A stretch of DNA of 31,000 bases from a virus (taxonomy: Duplodnaviria; Caudoviricetes), in the IMG/VR virus record IMGVR_UViG_3300020045_017979, positions 1-31,000 of that record; one strand, written 5' to 3'. Below the pieces are notes generated by a model that was not told where the DNA came from, did not search any database, and saw only the letters and a list, made by a program, of their open reading frames with translations. The position numbers and the translations under genes were made by a program. This document shows, one piece after another, positions 1 through 10,400 of the stretch (position 1 is its first letter; each line of letters opens with the position of its first letter).

Positions 1-2
1 TT

Positions 3-809
3 CAAATCTGGGATTATACCAAAATGCTGCATCTAAAAGATTTAATTGAATTTGCAAATTTACCTCATGGTTTCGATAGAATTCCAATTGTTTACGATGT
101 TCAAGATGAACCGCTTTGGTATGCTGTGAAAACTCCAATAGATAGACACGAAGTAGCTTTGTCTAAATTAGGTGATTCTAACGATTATTCTGGACATCCT
201 ATTTTGGTAACTGAAGGTGTGGTTATTGGAATGCCATCAAAAGAAGAAAGTGGAAAGCATTTTAATATTCCAATTACATTAGATGATGAAGGAAAACCAA
301 TTAAAGGAGCTGTAAGTTTTCTGGAAGCAACTACAGCTCCAGAAGCAAATAGGTTAGAGATTGATAAATTAGAGGATGTAATTGCCTATGGTTCTGGAGT
401 TCCAAATCTATCATTAGAGAAACTAAAATCATTGGGTAATGTTGCTGAAAAAACGGTTAAGTTGATGTTTTTAGCAACAGATATTAAAGCATCATTGAAA
501 CAATCAGCTACCAGAACTTTCATTGAAAGATGTTTGAATATAATCATATCCGGAGTTACAAAAACAACCAATACGTCAATGGCAGCTTTAAGCAAAGGAT
601 TGTATTACGATATTCAATTCAATTCAATTCTTCCATCTGATATTTCCGAAAGCATCACAACGGTAACAACAGCTGTTGAAGGTAAAACAATGAGTAGAAG
701 AACAGCCATTAAAATTATTGATTTGGTTGAAGATGTTGATGAAGAATTAGCATTGATTGAAGCAGAAAATAAAACGGAAATAGTTCCGACAAATAATCCA
801 ACTGTATAA
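3..809 (+). CDS. Portal protein (SPP1-like), 5'-truncated by window edge
   Basis: Frame is open from base 3 (QIWDYTKMLHL...); C-terminus 'IQFNSILPSD...MSRRTAIK...VEDVDEELALIEAE' is typical of SPP1-type portals; lies upstream of head genes. Confidence 0.8.
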   Translation, partial: QIWDYTKMLHLKDLIEFANLPHGFDRIPIVYDVQDEPLWYAVKTPIDRHEVALSKLGDSNDYSGHPILVTEGVVIGMPSKEESGKHFNIPITLDDEGKPIKGAVSFLEATTAPEANRLEIDKLEDVIAYGSGVPNLSLEKLKSLGNVAEKTVKLMFLATDIKASLKQSATRTFIERCLNIIISGVTKTTNTSMAALSKGLYYDIQFNSILPSDISESITTVTTAVEGKTMSRRTAIKIIDLVEDVDEELALIEAENKTEIVPTNNPTV

Positions 810-1138
810 TGAAATCGAAAACAATAAATATTCCTATTTATTTTGGCAAACTCACAATCATAACTACTGATGATTTAGAAGAAGTAAATAAAATTTATAA
901 TACAAAAGCAAAAAATGAACTTTATGATGCTGTTATGTTTGAAATAGTAGATAATGATGAATACATTATCGCTATAAAAAAAGTGGAATGGTCCATTATA
1001 TCACATGAAGTTGTTCATATTGTAAATGCAATATTTTTAAATTGTGGAATTCAACTTGACAGAAATAATGACGAACCTCAAGCTTATTTGACAGGTTGGA
1101 TTATTAATGAAATAGATAAATATTTAAAATTAAATTAA
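809..1138 (+). CDS. Small phage protein with HExxH zincin-like motif
   Basis: 'ISHEVVH' plus downstream 'DEPQAYL'; start overlaps portal stop (TAATG). Confidence 0.65.
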   Translation: MKSKTINIPIYFGKLTIITTDDLEEVNKIYNTKAKNELYDAVMFEIVDNDEYIIAIKKVEWSIISHEVVHIVNAIFLNCGIQLDRNNDEPQAYLTGWIINEIDKYLKLN

Positions 1139-1140
1139 TT

Positions 1141-1407
1141 ATGGAAGCAATAAATTTCAAAGGTGCAAACGTGGTGTTTGCAGAAAATCAAGAAGAATAC
1201 AATTCATTACCAGCTTTTAAAGATGAAGATGGAACTGTGGTGACTTGTTTTAAATTATCTGAAGAAGAAATTAAAAAAATATCTGAAACTGGAGAATTAT
1301 GGCTTTCAGTCATGACTTTCAATCAAGCGCTTCAACCATTATTTTTGAGTGTAAATAAAGATGAGGTTTTAATATTTAATGAAATAGATGATGAGAAAGA
1401 TAATTAA
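1141..1407 (+). CDS. Hypothetical phage protein
   Basis: 88-aa ORF, tightly packed, AT-rich start context. Confidence 0.7.
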   Translation: MEAINFKGANVVFAENQEEYNSLPAFKDEDGTVVTCFKLSEEEIKKISETGELWLSVMTFNQALQPLFLSVNKDEVLIFNEIDDEKDN

Positions 1408-1624
1408 AAAGTTTTTGTTTTTCATATTCGTATTCTTTCGAAAAAAGGATTCTGTTATTAAAACAAAAATTGAAGAAACATTAAAATCTTATGATGTTTT
1501 GATAAATCAATACGAATTGATTCAGCAAAAAAAATCTGAACTTTCGGCAAAGCAAAGAAAAGATGTTGTAGAACTTGTAAATCATTTAATCAGTATTGGA
1601 CATTTGAAATTTAATAGTAAATAA
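1388..1624 (+). CDS. Hypothetical protein with short hydrophobic N-terminus
   Basis: 78-aa ORF overlapping the previous gene; 'FLFFIFVFF'. Confidence 0.55.
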   Translation: MMRKIIKKFLFFIFVFFRKKDSVIKTKIEETLKSYDVLINQYELIQQKKSELSAKQRKDVVELVNHLISIGHLKFNSK

Positions 1625-1760
1625 AGATTAAGAAGCGTAAATGGAAACATCATAAAAAAAAACCGATACGATGCGCAACCAGTAATTCTTTTAGGGGTCA
1701 TTTCGGTAAAGATAATATCCTTGCAGTAGTTTGGTTGAATCCTGAAAATCCTCTACTATA

Positions 1761-1790
1761 AAAACTCATTAGAAATAGTGAGTTTTTTTT
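1761..1790 (+). terminator. Intrinsic terminator
   Basis: AAAACTCATTA-GAAA-TAGTGAGTTTT hairpin ending in a T8 tract, just before the late promoter. Confidence 0.8.
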
Positions 1791-1801
1791 ATGCCTAAAA
1801 A

Positions 1802-1850
1802 TTAGTTATTTATAATTAATATAAATAAGAAATAATTTTCTACATTTGTT
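1802..1850 (+). promoter_or_regulatory. Late promoter copy 1: palindrome TTATTTATA-ATTAA-TATAAATAA (1806-1828) plus -7 box TACATTTG (1841-1848)
   Basis: 47/49 identical to 16602-16650; perfect Bacteroidetes TAnnTTTG; upstream of scaffold ATG at 1882. Confidence 0.8.
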
Positions 1851-1881
1851 CATTATAAATCAACAATTTAAAACATTTATT

Positions 1882-2532
1882 ATGGCAGTAGAGAAAGCAA
1901 AAGTGATTGCTAGACTTAAGGCATTATTCCCAAAGGCTAATTTATCACAAAAAAGGTTAGACGCATTAGCGGATAAACTTGCAACCAAACCAGCTGACGA
2001 TGCAGACGATGTGGCTATTGATGTAGTGATTAATGACTTTAATTCTATATTAAGTATTGATGAAATCGCCCGTGAGGATGATAGAGTTAGAACTTTAGAA
2101 GCAAAGGCAAATCCACCAGCACCAACACCAAAACCAACTGACCCACCAACTCCGGCAACACCTCCAGCAGATGTTCCAGAATGGGCAAAAGGATTGGTTG
2201 AAGCAAACAAATCATTACTTGAAAAAGTAACTGCAATCGAATCTGGAAATGTTATTGAATCAAAAAAACAAACCGCATTAAAATCTTTTGACAATTCAGA
2301 AATCCTAAAAGGATTAAAACCTGAATTAAAAGATAGATGGGTTAATAGAATTGATGTTAATTCTGAAACTCCAATCGAGGATCAAATCAAAGAATTAGAA
2401 ACTGAATATTCTGAATTGGTTCAAGTAAATGCTGATGGTAATTCTTATGGTGGAGCTGCTGGTTCAGGTTCATCAAATCAAAAACCAGATCAGGCAATTG
2501 TTGATGAAATCGTAAACAATCAAAACATTTAA
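1882..2532 (+). CDS. Capsid scaffolding protein
   Basis: ATG at 1882 (MAVEKAK) preferred to the TTG at 1846, which lies inside the promoter; helical charged protein with Pro-rich linker and 'VPEWAK'; directly before decoration and capsid genes. Confidence 0.7.
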   Translation: MAVEKAKVIARLKALFPKANLSQKRLDALADKLATKPADDADDVAIDVVINDFNSILSIDEIAREDDRVRTLEAKANPPAPTPKPTDPPTPATPPADVPEWAKGLVEANKSLLEKVTAIESGNVIESKKQTALKSFDNSEILKGLKPELKDRWVNRIDVNSETPIEDQIKELETEYSELVQVNADGNSYGGAAGSGSSNQKPDQAIVDEIVNNQNI

Positions 2533-2537
2533 AAACT

Positions 2538-2933
2538 ATGTCAACAACAGCAGATTTAGCTAGTCAAGGTCCTGCTTACGATACTGGAAACGATACTATC
2601 GTTGTAGTAAAAGTAATTGAGGCTATTCCAGGAGGTAAAACTCTTGATGTTACAGGATATTCTCCTGATGTAATTCCAGCTGGTCATTTGATCATTGAAG
2701 AAACTTCAACTGGAGTTCTAAAACCTATGCCTATTTCAGGTGCGAATTATGGCAGTTTGCCAGCTTCTCACACTTACAAAGGTGTTTTGATTTCAACAAT
2801 CTTAACAAAAAAACCTTTTGCAGGAATTATGGTTAGAGGTACCGTAAACAAAAATGCTTCATTCTACGGAATAGCATCAGTATTAACCGCAGTGAAAGCA
2901 GCTTTACCGCTGATTCGTTTCACTCAAGACTAA
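2538..2933 (+). CDS. Head decoration protein (putative)
   Basis: 131-aa beta-rich protein between scaffold and capsid, in the lambda gpD position. Confidence 0.6.
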   Translation: MSTTADLASQGPAYDTGNDTIVVVKVIEAIPGGKTLDVTGYSPDVIPAGHLIIEETSTGVLKPMPISGANYGSLPASHTYKGVLISTILTKKPFAGIMVRGTVNKNASFYGIASVLTAVKAALPLIRFTQD

Positions 2934-2940
2934 ATAGATC

Positions 2941-4224
2941 ATGAAAGAATCATTATTCGTTCAGTACACATCATGGTTAAGTGCCATCATTTTAGGTGTT
3001 GTAACAAAGATTAATGGAGGTAAAACTGAATTGAGTTACCTTCATAAAACGATGCTTACAGAAGAATTGTCAACAGATTTGAAGTTCTCAACTTTGACAA
3101 TTAACAGTACAATTGTAGCGGCCGACATTGTGGCAATGGATTCCCCATTACCGTTAAAAAAGCGTGATGCAATTGGAACAGCAAATGGCGAAATCGCCAA
3201 ACTAGGTATGAAAAAGAAATTGACTGAAAAGCAACTTTCTGACATTGATACTTTAGTAGCAAAAAAAGTAGAAAACAAAGTTATCGTTGAAAAGATTTTC
3301 AACGATGCAGTTTCTTGTACAATGGGGGTTTATGAAAAGCTGGAATATGTTTTCTTGAGTGCTTTATCAACTGGTATTGCATTGATAGAAGATACTGAAA
3401 ATGTTGGAACTGGAATTCGTGTTGATTACGGGTATTCAGAGGCCAATAAATTTGGAGTAGTTCTTCCTTGGTCTGATCCAACTGCTAAACCATTGGATGA
3501 TATTTTAAGAGTAACCAGACAAGCGAAATCGAAAGGAGTTTCATTAAAATTCATGATGATGGACCAAGGTACTTTTGATAATCTTGCAGCAAACGAACAA
3601 GTGCGCCAATACTTTGCATTTTCTCAAAACTTTGTAGGCTCAAACATTCCTATTCCAGATCAAGAACAGGTTAATTCTATGCTTCAAAAACGTTACAAAT
3701 TGACAATTGTTATTGTTGATAGAACCGTAATAACAGAGCGTGATGGTATTAGAACTGTTCAAACTCCTTGGGCTGAAAGCAAAGTTGTTTTCTTGGAAAC
3801 TCAAAAAGTAGGTCGCTTGGTTTACGGTATTCTTGCAGAAGAAACGAGACAATCAAAATCAGCAACTTATGCAAAAGCAGGAAAGTATATTCTTTTGAAA
3901 AAATGGTCAGAAGACGAGCCTTTCTCTGAACATACTTCTTCTCAAGCATTGGCTTTGCCAGTTATTGATGCAGTGGATAGTATTTATCTTTTGGATTCCG
4001 AAGAAGCAACCGCTTCATTGGATACGCAAACTGAATCTGATGCTAATTATGCTTATAAAACAGTGAATTATACTAAAGCTTCTGTTATTGCTGCAATCAA
4101 TTTAGCTACTGGAAAAACTACTGCTAAATCGAATAATACCGATGCAACTTTAGAAAAATTCATTGATGCATTAAGCGAAGAACAAGTGGCAATTTTCGAA
4201 GATAACATCACTTTATCAGCGTAA
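2941..4224 (+). CDS. Major capsid protein (lambda gpE-like) with C-terminal extension
   Basis: 427 aa; 'ADIVAMDSPLPLK', 'VDYG', 'WSDPTAKPLDDI', 'ALPVI' match the gpE-family pattern; synteny. Confidence 0.85.
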   Translation: MKESLFVQYTSWLSAIILGVVTKINGGKTELSYLHKTMLTEELSTDLKFSTLTINSTIVAADIVAMDSPLPLKKRDAIGTANGEIAKLGMKKKLTEKQLSDIDTLVAKKVENKVIVEKIFNDAVSCTMGVYEKLEYVFLSALSTGIALIEDTENVGTGIRVDYGYSEANKFGVVLPWSDPTAKPLDDILRVTRQAKSKGVSLKFMMMDQGTFDNLAANEQVRQYFAFSQNFVGSNIPIPDQEQVNSMLQKRYKLTIVIVDRTVITERDGIRTVQTPWAESKVVFLETQKVGRLVYGILAEETRQSKSATYAKAGKYILLKKWSEDEPFSEHTSSQALALPVIDAVDSIYLLDSEEATASLDTQTESDANYAYKTVNYTKASVIAAINLATGKTTAKSNNTDATLEKFIDALSEEQVAIFEDNITLSA

Positions 4225-4227
4225 AAA

Positions 4228-4809
4228 ATGTACAACGAACAAAGCATAACAGCACTCGAAAAAAGAATTGGTTGGGAGAAACCTTTAGACACTGATTTTG
4301 CAATAGATTTAGATGAGGAGGTTCTAACCGCAGATTCAGGAAGAAAAGTAAATTCTTTCCATCAACTCGTTACAGTTGAGAATGTTTATGCTGCAGTTCA
4401 ACCAGTAAATATGGAAGCCGCTGATTTCAACGGCTTCCTTACTTCTGTTCGCAAACAAGCGGTGTTGGAAGTGCTTACATTGATTTTCGACAAACACGAA
4501 GATTATATAGAAGTAACTGATTATTCTGTATTGATTGAAACCAAAACACGTCTATTTGATGATGCCATTGGGTATTGTATAGCGGTTAAAATGCTGGAGT
4601 TGTTTATTTCAACATCAAGAATCAATCTACAGGAAAGAAATGCAAAAATGAGTTTCAATAGTTTGAAAATCGAACTTGAAGGTGCTAAAAATGATAATGG
4701 ACATTTCATTGCAAAAGGAATTGTTTACTATAAAAATAAAGCCATTAAAGATGCTCAAAAAATCATATTTCCAAACAGAATAATTGTCCAAAACGGTAAA
4801 GCCTGGTAA
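4228..4809 (+). CDS. Head-tail adaptor/connector (putative)
   Basis: Helical 193-aa protein immediately after the capsid gene. Confidence 0.55.
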   Translation: MYNEQSITALEKRIGWEKPLDTDFAIDLDEEVLTADSGRKVNSFHQLVTVENVYAAVQPVNMEAADFNGFLTSVRKQAVLEVLTLIFDKHEDYIEVTDYSVLIETKTRLFDDAIGYCIAVKMLELFISTSRINLQERNAKMSFNSLKIELEGAKNDNGHFIAKGIVYYKNKAIKDAQKIIFPNRIIVQNGKAW

Positions 4810-4810
4810 T

Positions 4811-5341
4811 ATGAATTACACCATCGAAAACCCAAAAGGAATAGATAATCCTATCCAACTAATACAAAATCATTTGTACAGTAAATTAGGATGGGAAAAT
4901 ATCGAAGCTTATGGACGTGTGTTCAAATTGCAAACTGACAAAGGTTTTGCTCCAAGAGCTTTTTTGTCTGGAAAAGAATATAAAGATGTTTTTACTAATG
5001 ATGCCAAAACAGCAAGTGTATTTTTCATTTGCGATGATCAACATGCTACGAAAGAAGGTGTTTTGTTTACTGTTAAAGTAAAGATTGTCTTTATGGTTAA
5101 CATCAAAAAAATAGTAACTAATCTGGAAAGCAGAGGTGATACTGATGTTCAGGAACAGGCAATTTCAACACTATTAAAAATGAGGTCTTTCAATTTCAAT
5201 GGAGAAATTGAAACCCAAATAGAGGAAATATTTAAAGGGTTTTCAACTGAAAGCATCAAGCTAACAGATATGCAGCCTTATCATGTATTTTCTTTAAATG
5301 GAGAAGTTAGTTACACATATCAAGGCAACTGCTTCAAATAA
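4811..5341 (+). CDS. Tail terminator/completion protein (putative)
   Basis: ATG at 4811 (MNYTIENPK), 1 nt after the previous stop; immediately before the tail tube gene. Confidence 0.55.
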   Translation: MNYTIENPKGIDNPIQLIQNHLYSKLGWENIEAYGRVFKLQTDKGFAPRAFLSGKEYKDVFTNDAKTASVFFICDDQHATKEGVLFTVKVKIVFMVNIKKIVTNLESRGDTDVQEQAISTLLKMRSFNFNGEIETQIEEIFKGFSTESIKLTDMQPYHVFSLNGEVSYTYQGNCFK

Positions 5342-5370
5342 AAAAATATTAATCAATAAAAAATATAATC

Positions 5371-6261
5371 ATGGTTAAAAGTAAATCAGAATTATGTGAC
5401 ACAGCGACCAAAAAGGTAAAGAATACTGGTCAACGTGGATTACCTTGTTTAGAAGGCACATTAATTAAAATGGCAGTCGCTAAACAAGATTTTAGATTCG
5501 ACACTTTTGCAGATTTTAAAACTCTAGCAAAATGGAATGAAGCTATTGCAACAAAGGATGTAATTCCTTTGTTCGATGCGTATGAAGTTGCCGATGAAAA
5601 CACAGAAGCAACCAAATACGAAACTGGAAATTTCTCTTATGAAACTTCGCCAGCGGTTAAGAAAACAGGATCTGAATCTTATTTATCATTCTGTTCACAC
5701 GCTGCATTGGCATCATTGAGAGGTTCGGAATACTCTCAAATGTTCGAGTTCAATTCAGATGGGTCCGTAGTAGGAATTTACGATTCTGATGGTGTAAAAA
5801 TCAAAGGTCAAGATCTTAAAGATTTGAATATCGGAATCAGAAATCGTGCAACAAAAGACAAAGTGCCATTCACGAAAGTAACAGCTACTTATAGAGATTT
5901 CAAGGAATTAGAAGAAAACTATGCGGTTGCAAAACCAACATGGACAGCTGCAGATATTGAAGGTGTATATGATGTTGTGATTGAGCAGGTTTCTGCTACA
6001 TCTACAAACATTAAGGTTCGTATTTCAGAAGAATGTTCATCTGCAAAAGTAAAATCATTAGTTACTGGGGATTTGGTAGTAAAGAATTTAGCTGGAGCTG
6101 TTCAAACCATAACTTGGGTAGGTTACGATGAAGATTTAGATTTATACGAACTTACAGGCACTTCATTAGCCGATGGATTTACCGTTTCACTGGATGGAGT
6201 AGTAACAGCCGGAGAGGTTTCTTATGAAGCGATTGAACCATTAGTTTTAGCCGTAACATAG
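5371..6261 (+). CDS. Major tail (tube) protein, probable C-terminal Ig-like domain
   Basis: 296 aa, acidic, beta-rich; position in tail module; no sheath-sized gene present, hence siphovirus. Confidence 0.65.
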   Translation: MVKSKSELCDTATKKVKNTGQRGLPCLEGTLIKMAVAKQDFRFDTFADFKTLAKWNEAIATKDVIPLFDAYEVADENTEATKYETGNFSYETSPAVKKTGSESYLSFCSHAALASLRGSEYSQMFEFNSDGSVVGIYDSDGVKIKGQDLKDLNIGIRNRATKDKVPFTKVTATYRDFKELEENYAVAKPTWTAADIEGVYDVVIEQVSATSTNIKVRISEECSSAKVKSLVTGDLVVKNLAGAVQTITWVGYDEDLDLYELTGTSLADGFTVSLDGVVTAGEVSYEAIEPLVLAVT

Positions 6262-6262
6262 T

Positions 6263-6475
6263 ATGAAAAATACCTATAAAGGAATTGTATTCGCAGATGG
6301 CTATAACAAGCCATTTGCTGAATTCAAAACGGAAATGGAGCACAATCACGTTTTTAGAAAAATTCCAAGTGCCGAAAGAGAAAAAGCACTCAAAGAAGCT
6401 CACAAAATAGCAACACATGGCAACTCTACAGGAACAACTGACAAAATCAAAGAAGCTACAGCCAAAGAGGATTAG
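6263..6475 (+). CDS. Hypothetical tail-region protein
   Basis: 70-aa ORF starting 1 nt after the tail tube stop. Confidence 0.6.
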   Translation: MKNTYKGIVFADGYNKPFAEFKTEMEHNHVFRKIPSAEREKALKEAHKIATHGNSTGTTDKIKEATAKED

Positions 6476-6866
6476 CGATGATTTGTTTAAGTTCATTAGA
6501 AGTATTGAAAAAGAAATTTTAGATCTTAATAAAAGCCAAATTCAGGAAGATAGCGATGATATTTTTGGAAATCCTATTGGATTCTATTCTCAAGCTACTG
6601 AAATAATTACTAAAGGCAGAAAAAAAGCGGGCGAACCATTCTCTGGTGTAGATACTGGTGATTGGTTCAAAGGCTTCAAAATGCAAGAAGTATCAGGCGT
6701 GTTGAGATTTACTTCTACTGATGAGAAAAACCAATTAATCCTTAACAATGATAATTGGTTGTCCAATGAACTATTTGGACTTACTGACAAAAATTTAAAA
6801 AAGGTGATCGCTGAAAAGCTTTTGCCTTTTTTATTAACTCAAATTCGAGATACGCTCGACATCTAA
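6417..6866 (+). CDS. Tail completion/neck protein (HK97 gp10/Mu G-like, putative)
   Basis: 'YSQAT...KG...DTGDWFKG' and 'LFGLTDKN' resemble virion morphogenesis proteins. Confidence 0.5.
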   Translation: MATLQEQLTKSKKLQPKRISDDLFKFIRSIEKEILDLNKSQIQEDSDDIFGNPIGFYSQATEIITKGRKKAGEPFSGVDTGDWFKGFKMQEVSGVLRFTSTDEKNQLILNNDNWLSNELFGLTDKNLKKVIAEKLLPFLLTQIRDTLDI

Positions 6867-6869
6867 AAT

Positions 6870-7469
6870 ATGTACAAATCACTAAAATACATTCCTTTCG
6901 TAATTTACTTTGAAATTTTAGAAACTTCAAAGTATCATCTTTTATCCAAAGAAGAAAAGGAATTTGAAGAATTTACAGATTTAGAATTACAGGAATTTGA
7001 AACAACCTGGGAAAAGATTTATAAAGAATCCATTTCTATAGATCCATCGAATGAATTGGATAAAATATTGAAGATAGAACGCGAAGTAAGTCATTTTAAA
7101 GCGAAGTACAAATTAGTAAAATTGGCTTGTGAATGTTTAAAATTCGATTACAATGAAGAATTATTTGAGTTGATCAATTCATTTGGTTACGGATTGAAAG
7201 ATGATGAAAACTACTATTCCCATTTAGAACGCATCGAAAGAGAATCAGAAGGTTTATTGGTAAAAGCAGAAAGGTTCGCCAGCCAGTTACCTAAAGTGGA
7301 TGAATCGCAACCTGTTAAAAAAGTAAGTGCTTATGATGTTTTAGGGAGTTATTCGGCTATTCTGGGAATTCCTTTAAATTTCAATAAAGTTACCTATTTA
7401 GAAGCAAAAGCATACGAATTGCAAGTTTCAAACAAAATACAAGCAGCTCTAAAAACTGATAAAAAATAA
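6870..7469 (+). CDS. Tail assembly chaperone (putative)
   Basis: Acidic helical protein immediately before the tape measure gene. Confidence 0.5.
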   Translation: MYKSLKYIPFVIYFEILETSKYHLLSKEEKEFEEFTDLELQEFETTWEKIYKESISIDPSNELDKILKIEREVSHFKAKYKLVKLACECLKFDYNEELFELINSFGYGLKDDENYYSHLERIERESEGLLVKAERFASQLPKVDESQPVKKVSAYDVLGSYSAILGIPLNFNKVTYLEAKAYELQVSNKIQAALKTDKK

Positions 7470-7474
7470 CTGAT

Positions 7475-10400
7475 ATGCCAACACCTGGAGGAACAATTAC
7501 GAGAAAAGATTTGATAACCGATGATGCACTGAAATTTGGCGATGTTTTAGTAGAGCAATTGGATAAAGTTATCAAAAAAGAAAAAGAGCTGGTAGAGATA
7601 ACTTTGCAATATGCCAAAGCAAATTCCGCTGTTCGAAAAGTTGAAAACCAACAGGATTTTTTAAATGAAAAACAAAAAATTATACTTCTTGAAAAAGAAG
7701 CTATTTCTGTTTTAAATCAAAAAGCAGTAGCTGAAATTAATATTGAAAAAATCAAAAGACAATCCCTAGCTACGTCAGAAGCAGAAAGAAAAGCAAAACA
7801 AGCATCCGTTAAACTTACTTTGGATGAAAAAGTTATAAATGAAGCAAACAATAAAATATTAAAACAGGAAGCTAGAGAAAGACAAGGTTTGGTTTCTGCT
7901 TATGAAAAATTAAACAGATCAAGATTAGAATCTCAAAAAAGGCTTGCTGATTTATTATCTGCTGAAAATAAAAATACTGCCGCAATAATTATTGCTCAAA
8001 AAGAATTTGACAAACTCGATACAAGAGTAAAGGCTGTTGATGCGGCAATAAATAATTATTCCAAAAATATCGGAAATTACGGATCAGCATTTGAAGGATT
8101 AAATGAAACTGCAAGAAATCTTTTAACAACATTCGGATTAATTGGAGGTATAGAATTGTTTGGTGTAGTTGTGAAAGATGTTTTTACTATTGTTAGAGAA
8201 TTCGATAGACAATTAATAGCCGTTGGTAAAACTACCAATATCACGGGAGAAGATTTAAAGCAATTTGGGCGTGAAGTTGTAGAATTAGGTGATAAATTAG
8301 ATGGTATTACAGTTAATGGATTAATTCAATCTGCTGAAGTTGCTGGACAATTAGGCGTTACAGGAACGGATAATATTTTAAAATTTTCAGAAGCAATTGA
8401 AAAATTAAAATTAACCTCAAATATAATTTCAGATGAACAGGTTGGTAATTTCGCCAAATTCATCGAAGTTTCATCTGATAGTTTTGAAAATGCGGATCGT
8501 TTAGCATCAGTTATTACCCAATTAGGAAACTCTTTTGCGACTACTGAAGCTGAAGTTTTATCCAATGCTACAGAAATTCAAAAAGGTATTGCGGTTTACA
8601 ATACATCTGCTCAAGGTGTTTTGGCACTTGGAGCAGCTACTTCTACGTTGGGATCAGAGGCGGAAAGTTCAAGAAGTGCCATTCAATCTACTTTTGCGGT
8701 AATTGATGAAGCTATTACTTCTGGTAAAAATCTTGAAAAAGTATTAAAACTTACAGGACTAACTCAAAAAGAACTTTCTCAACAATTCAAGCAAGATGCA
8801 ACTGGAGTATTTCAAAAATTCATTAAAGGTTTATCCGATGCTAAAAATCAAGGTGAAAATCTTCGAGCAATACTAAATGATGTTGAAATTACGGAAAAAA
8901 GAGCCTTTACGGTTGTTGGTTCTTTGGCTGCTAATTACGGAATTCTAGAAAGTGCCATGTTACAAGCAAACAAAGAATATCTTGAAAATGCAGCATTAAA
9001 CAAAGAAGTTGCAGCTGCTTCTGAAAGTATAGATTCTATAATTTCAGATTTAACAGATAAGTGGGAAGCGTATGTTTTACAAACAAATGACGCTAATAAT
9101 GGAACAGAAGCTTTGACCAAAACATTGAAGTTTTTAAGAGATAACTTCAAGGAAATAATAAATTTTGTTCTAAAAGCCGGAACCGTTCTTATTGTTTATT
9201 TAGGAATTATCAAAGCTTATAATTTCATAATTACGACATCTGCTGCTTTGCAAACTGCATGGACTGCTGGACAAATACGCTTTGCATTGTCTACTGGTAT
9301 TGGTACTCAATCCATTTTAGCACAAGCAGCCGCCGCCAGAACAGCTACAGTTGCACAGGAAGGTTTGAATATTGCCGTAAAAGCTACTCCTTGGGGTCTA
9401 ATTCTTGGTTTTTTATCTGCTGCTGTAGTGGCATATATGGTTTTCAATGATGAAATGAGTGAAGCAGAAAAAAATGTTCAAAATATTATTGATGCTAATA
9501 AAAGATTAGAAGCTTCTGAAAAAGGATATGCTACTGAAAGGGATAAATCTAATTCTGTTAGATTCAAATCAATAGAAGAAGACATAAGATTAAGAAAAGC
9601 ACAAGGCGAGAATTCTGATAAGTTAGATAAAGAAGAAATTGCAAGGAAAAAAGCAATTTTAGAAGCTTCGTTACAGGTTTATTCTGATTTGAAAAGATCA
9701 GAATTAGAGAGAACTGTAACTGAAATAAATTCATCAAAACAACGAATCGCACAATTTCAAATTGAAAAAAACGCATTAGAAAAAAGCGGTTATCGAGTAA
9801 GTAAAGAAGGTAGAACTAGCGAAGATTTGGAAATTTTGATAAAAACTGAAAAAGACAAAAATAATATCAAACAAGCTGGTTTAAAAAACAATTCAAAACT
9901 AACAACAGAAGAGATAGCTCGATTAAACAAACAAATTCAAGATTTAGAAAAAGATAATGCTGTAAAAGATGCTGAATTTAAAGCTGAAGCTGATAAAAAA
10001 GCTATCGAAAGAAGAAAAAAGCATCTTAAAAATTTATACGACATCCAGAAAAAAGCATACGATGATGAATTCAAACTTTCGCAGTTTAGATATCAGGTAG
10101 CAATTGATATGGAAAATGAAATTTTGGAAAACGAAAAAGCTTCTTATGATGAAAGAATTGAAGCTTTATTATCTGCTAACCAAATATTAACTTCAAAAAA
10201 TAAAGAAGCAACCGAATACAACCTAAAACAATTAGGCAAATACAATGAAGATACAGGAAAGTTCATTCGTGAATTATCTGATTTAGAAATTAAATCTCTT
10301 ATTGAAACTGGACATGCCAAAAAGAAACTCACTTCTGAACAACAGTTGATTTATGAGCAATATCAAAATGCTCAAACAAAAGCTGCTGAAAAAGGCGAAA

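Noticed and set aside
1621-1761. Open frame IKIKKRKWKHHKKKP...NPLL after the 78-aa gene
   Set aside because: In-frame stop directly upstream and no ATG/GTG/TTG near its start; at most a remnant
1860-2294. 144-aa minus-strand ORF and the other short antisense or nested ORFs in the track
   Set aside because: Shadow frames of well-supported genes with no independent motifs or expression signals
6263-7475. Programmed -1 frameshift in tail chaperone genes
   Set aside because: The 6263/6417 overlap is a +1 relationship, the second ORF has its own ATG, and no convincing slippery heptamer was seen before the tape measure gene
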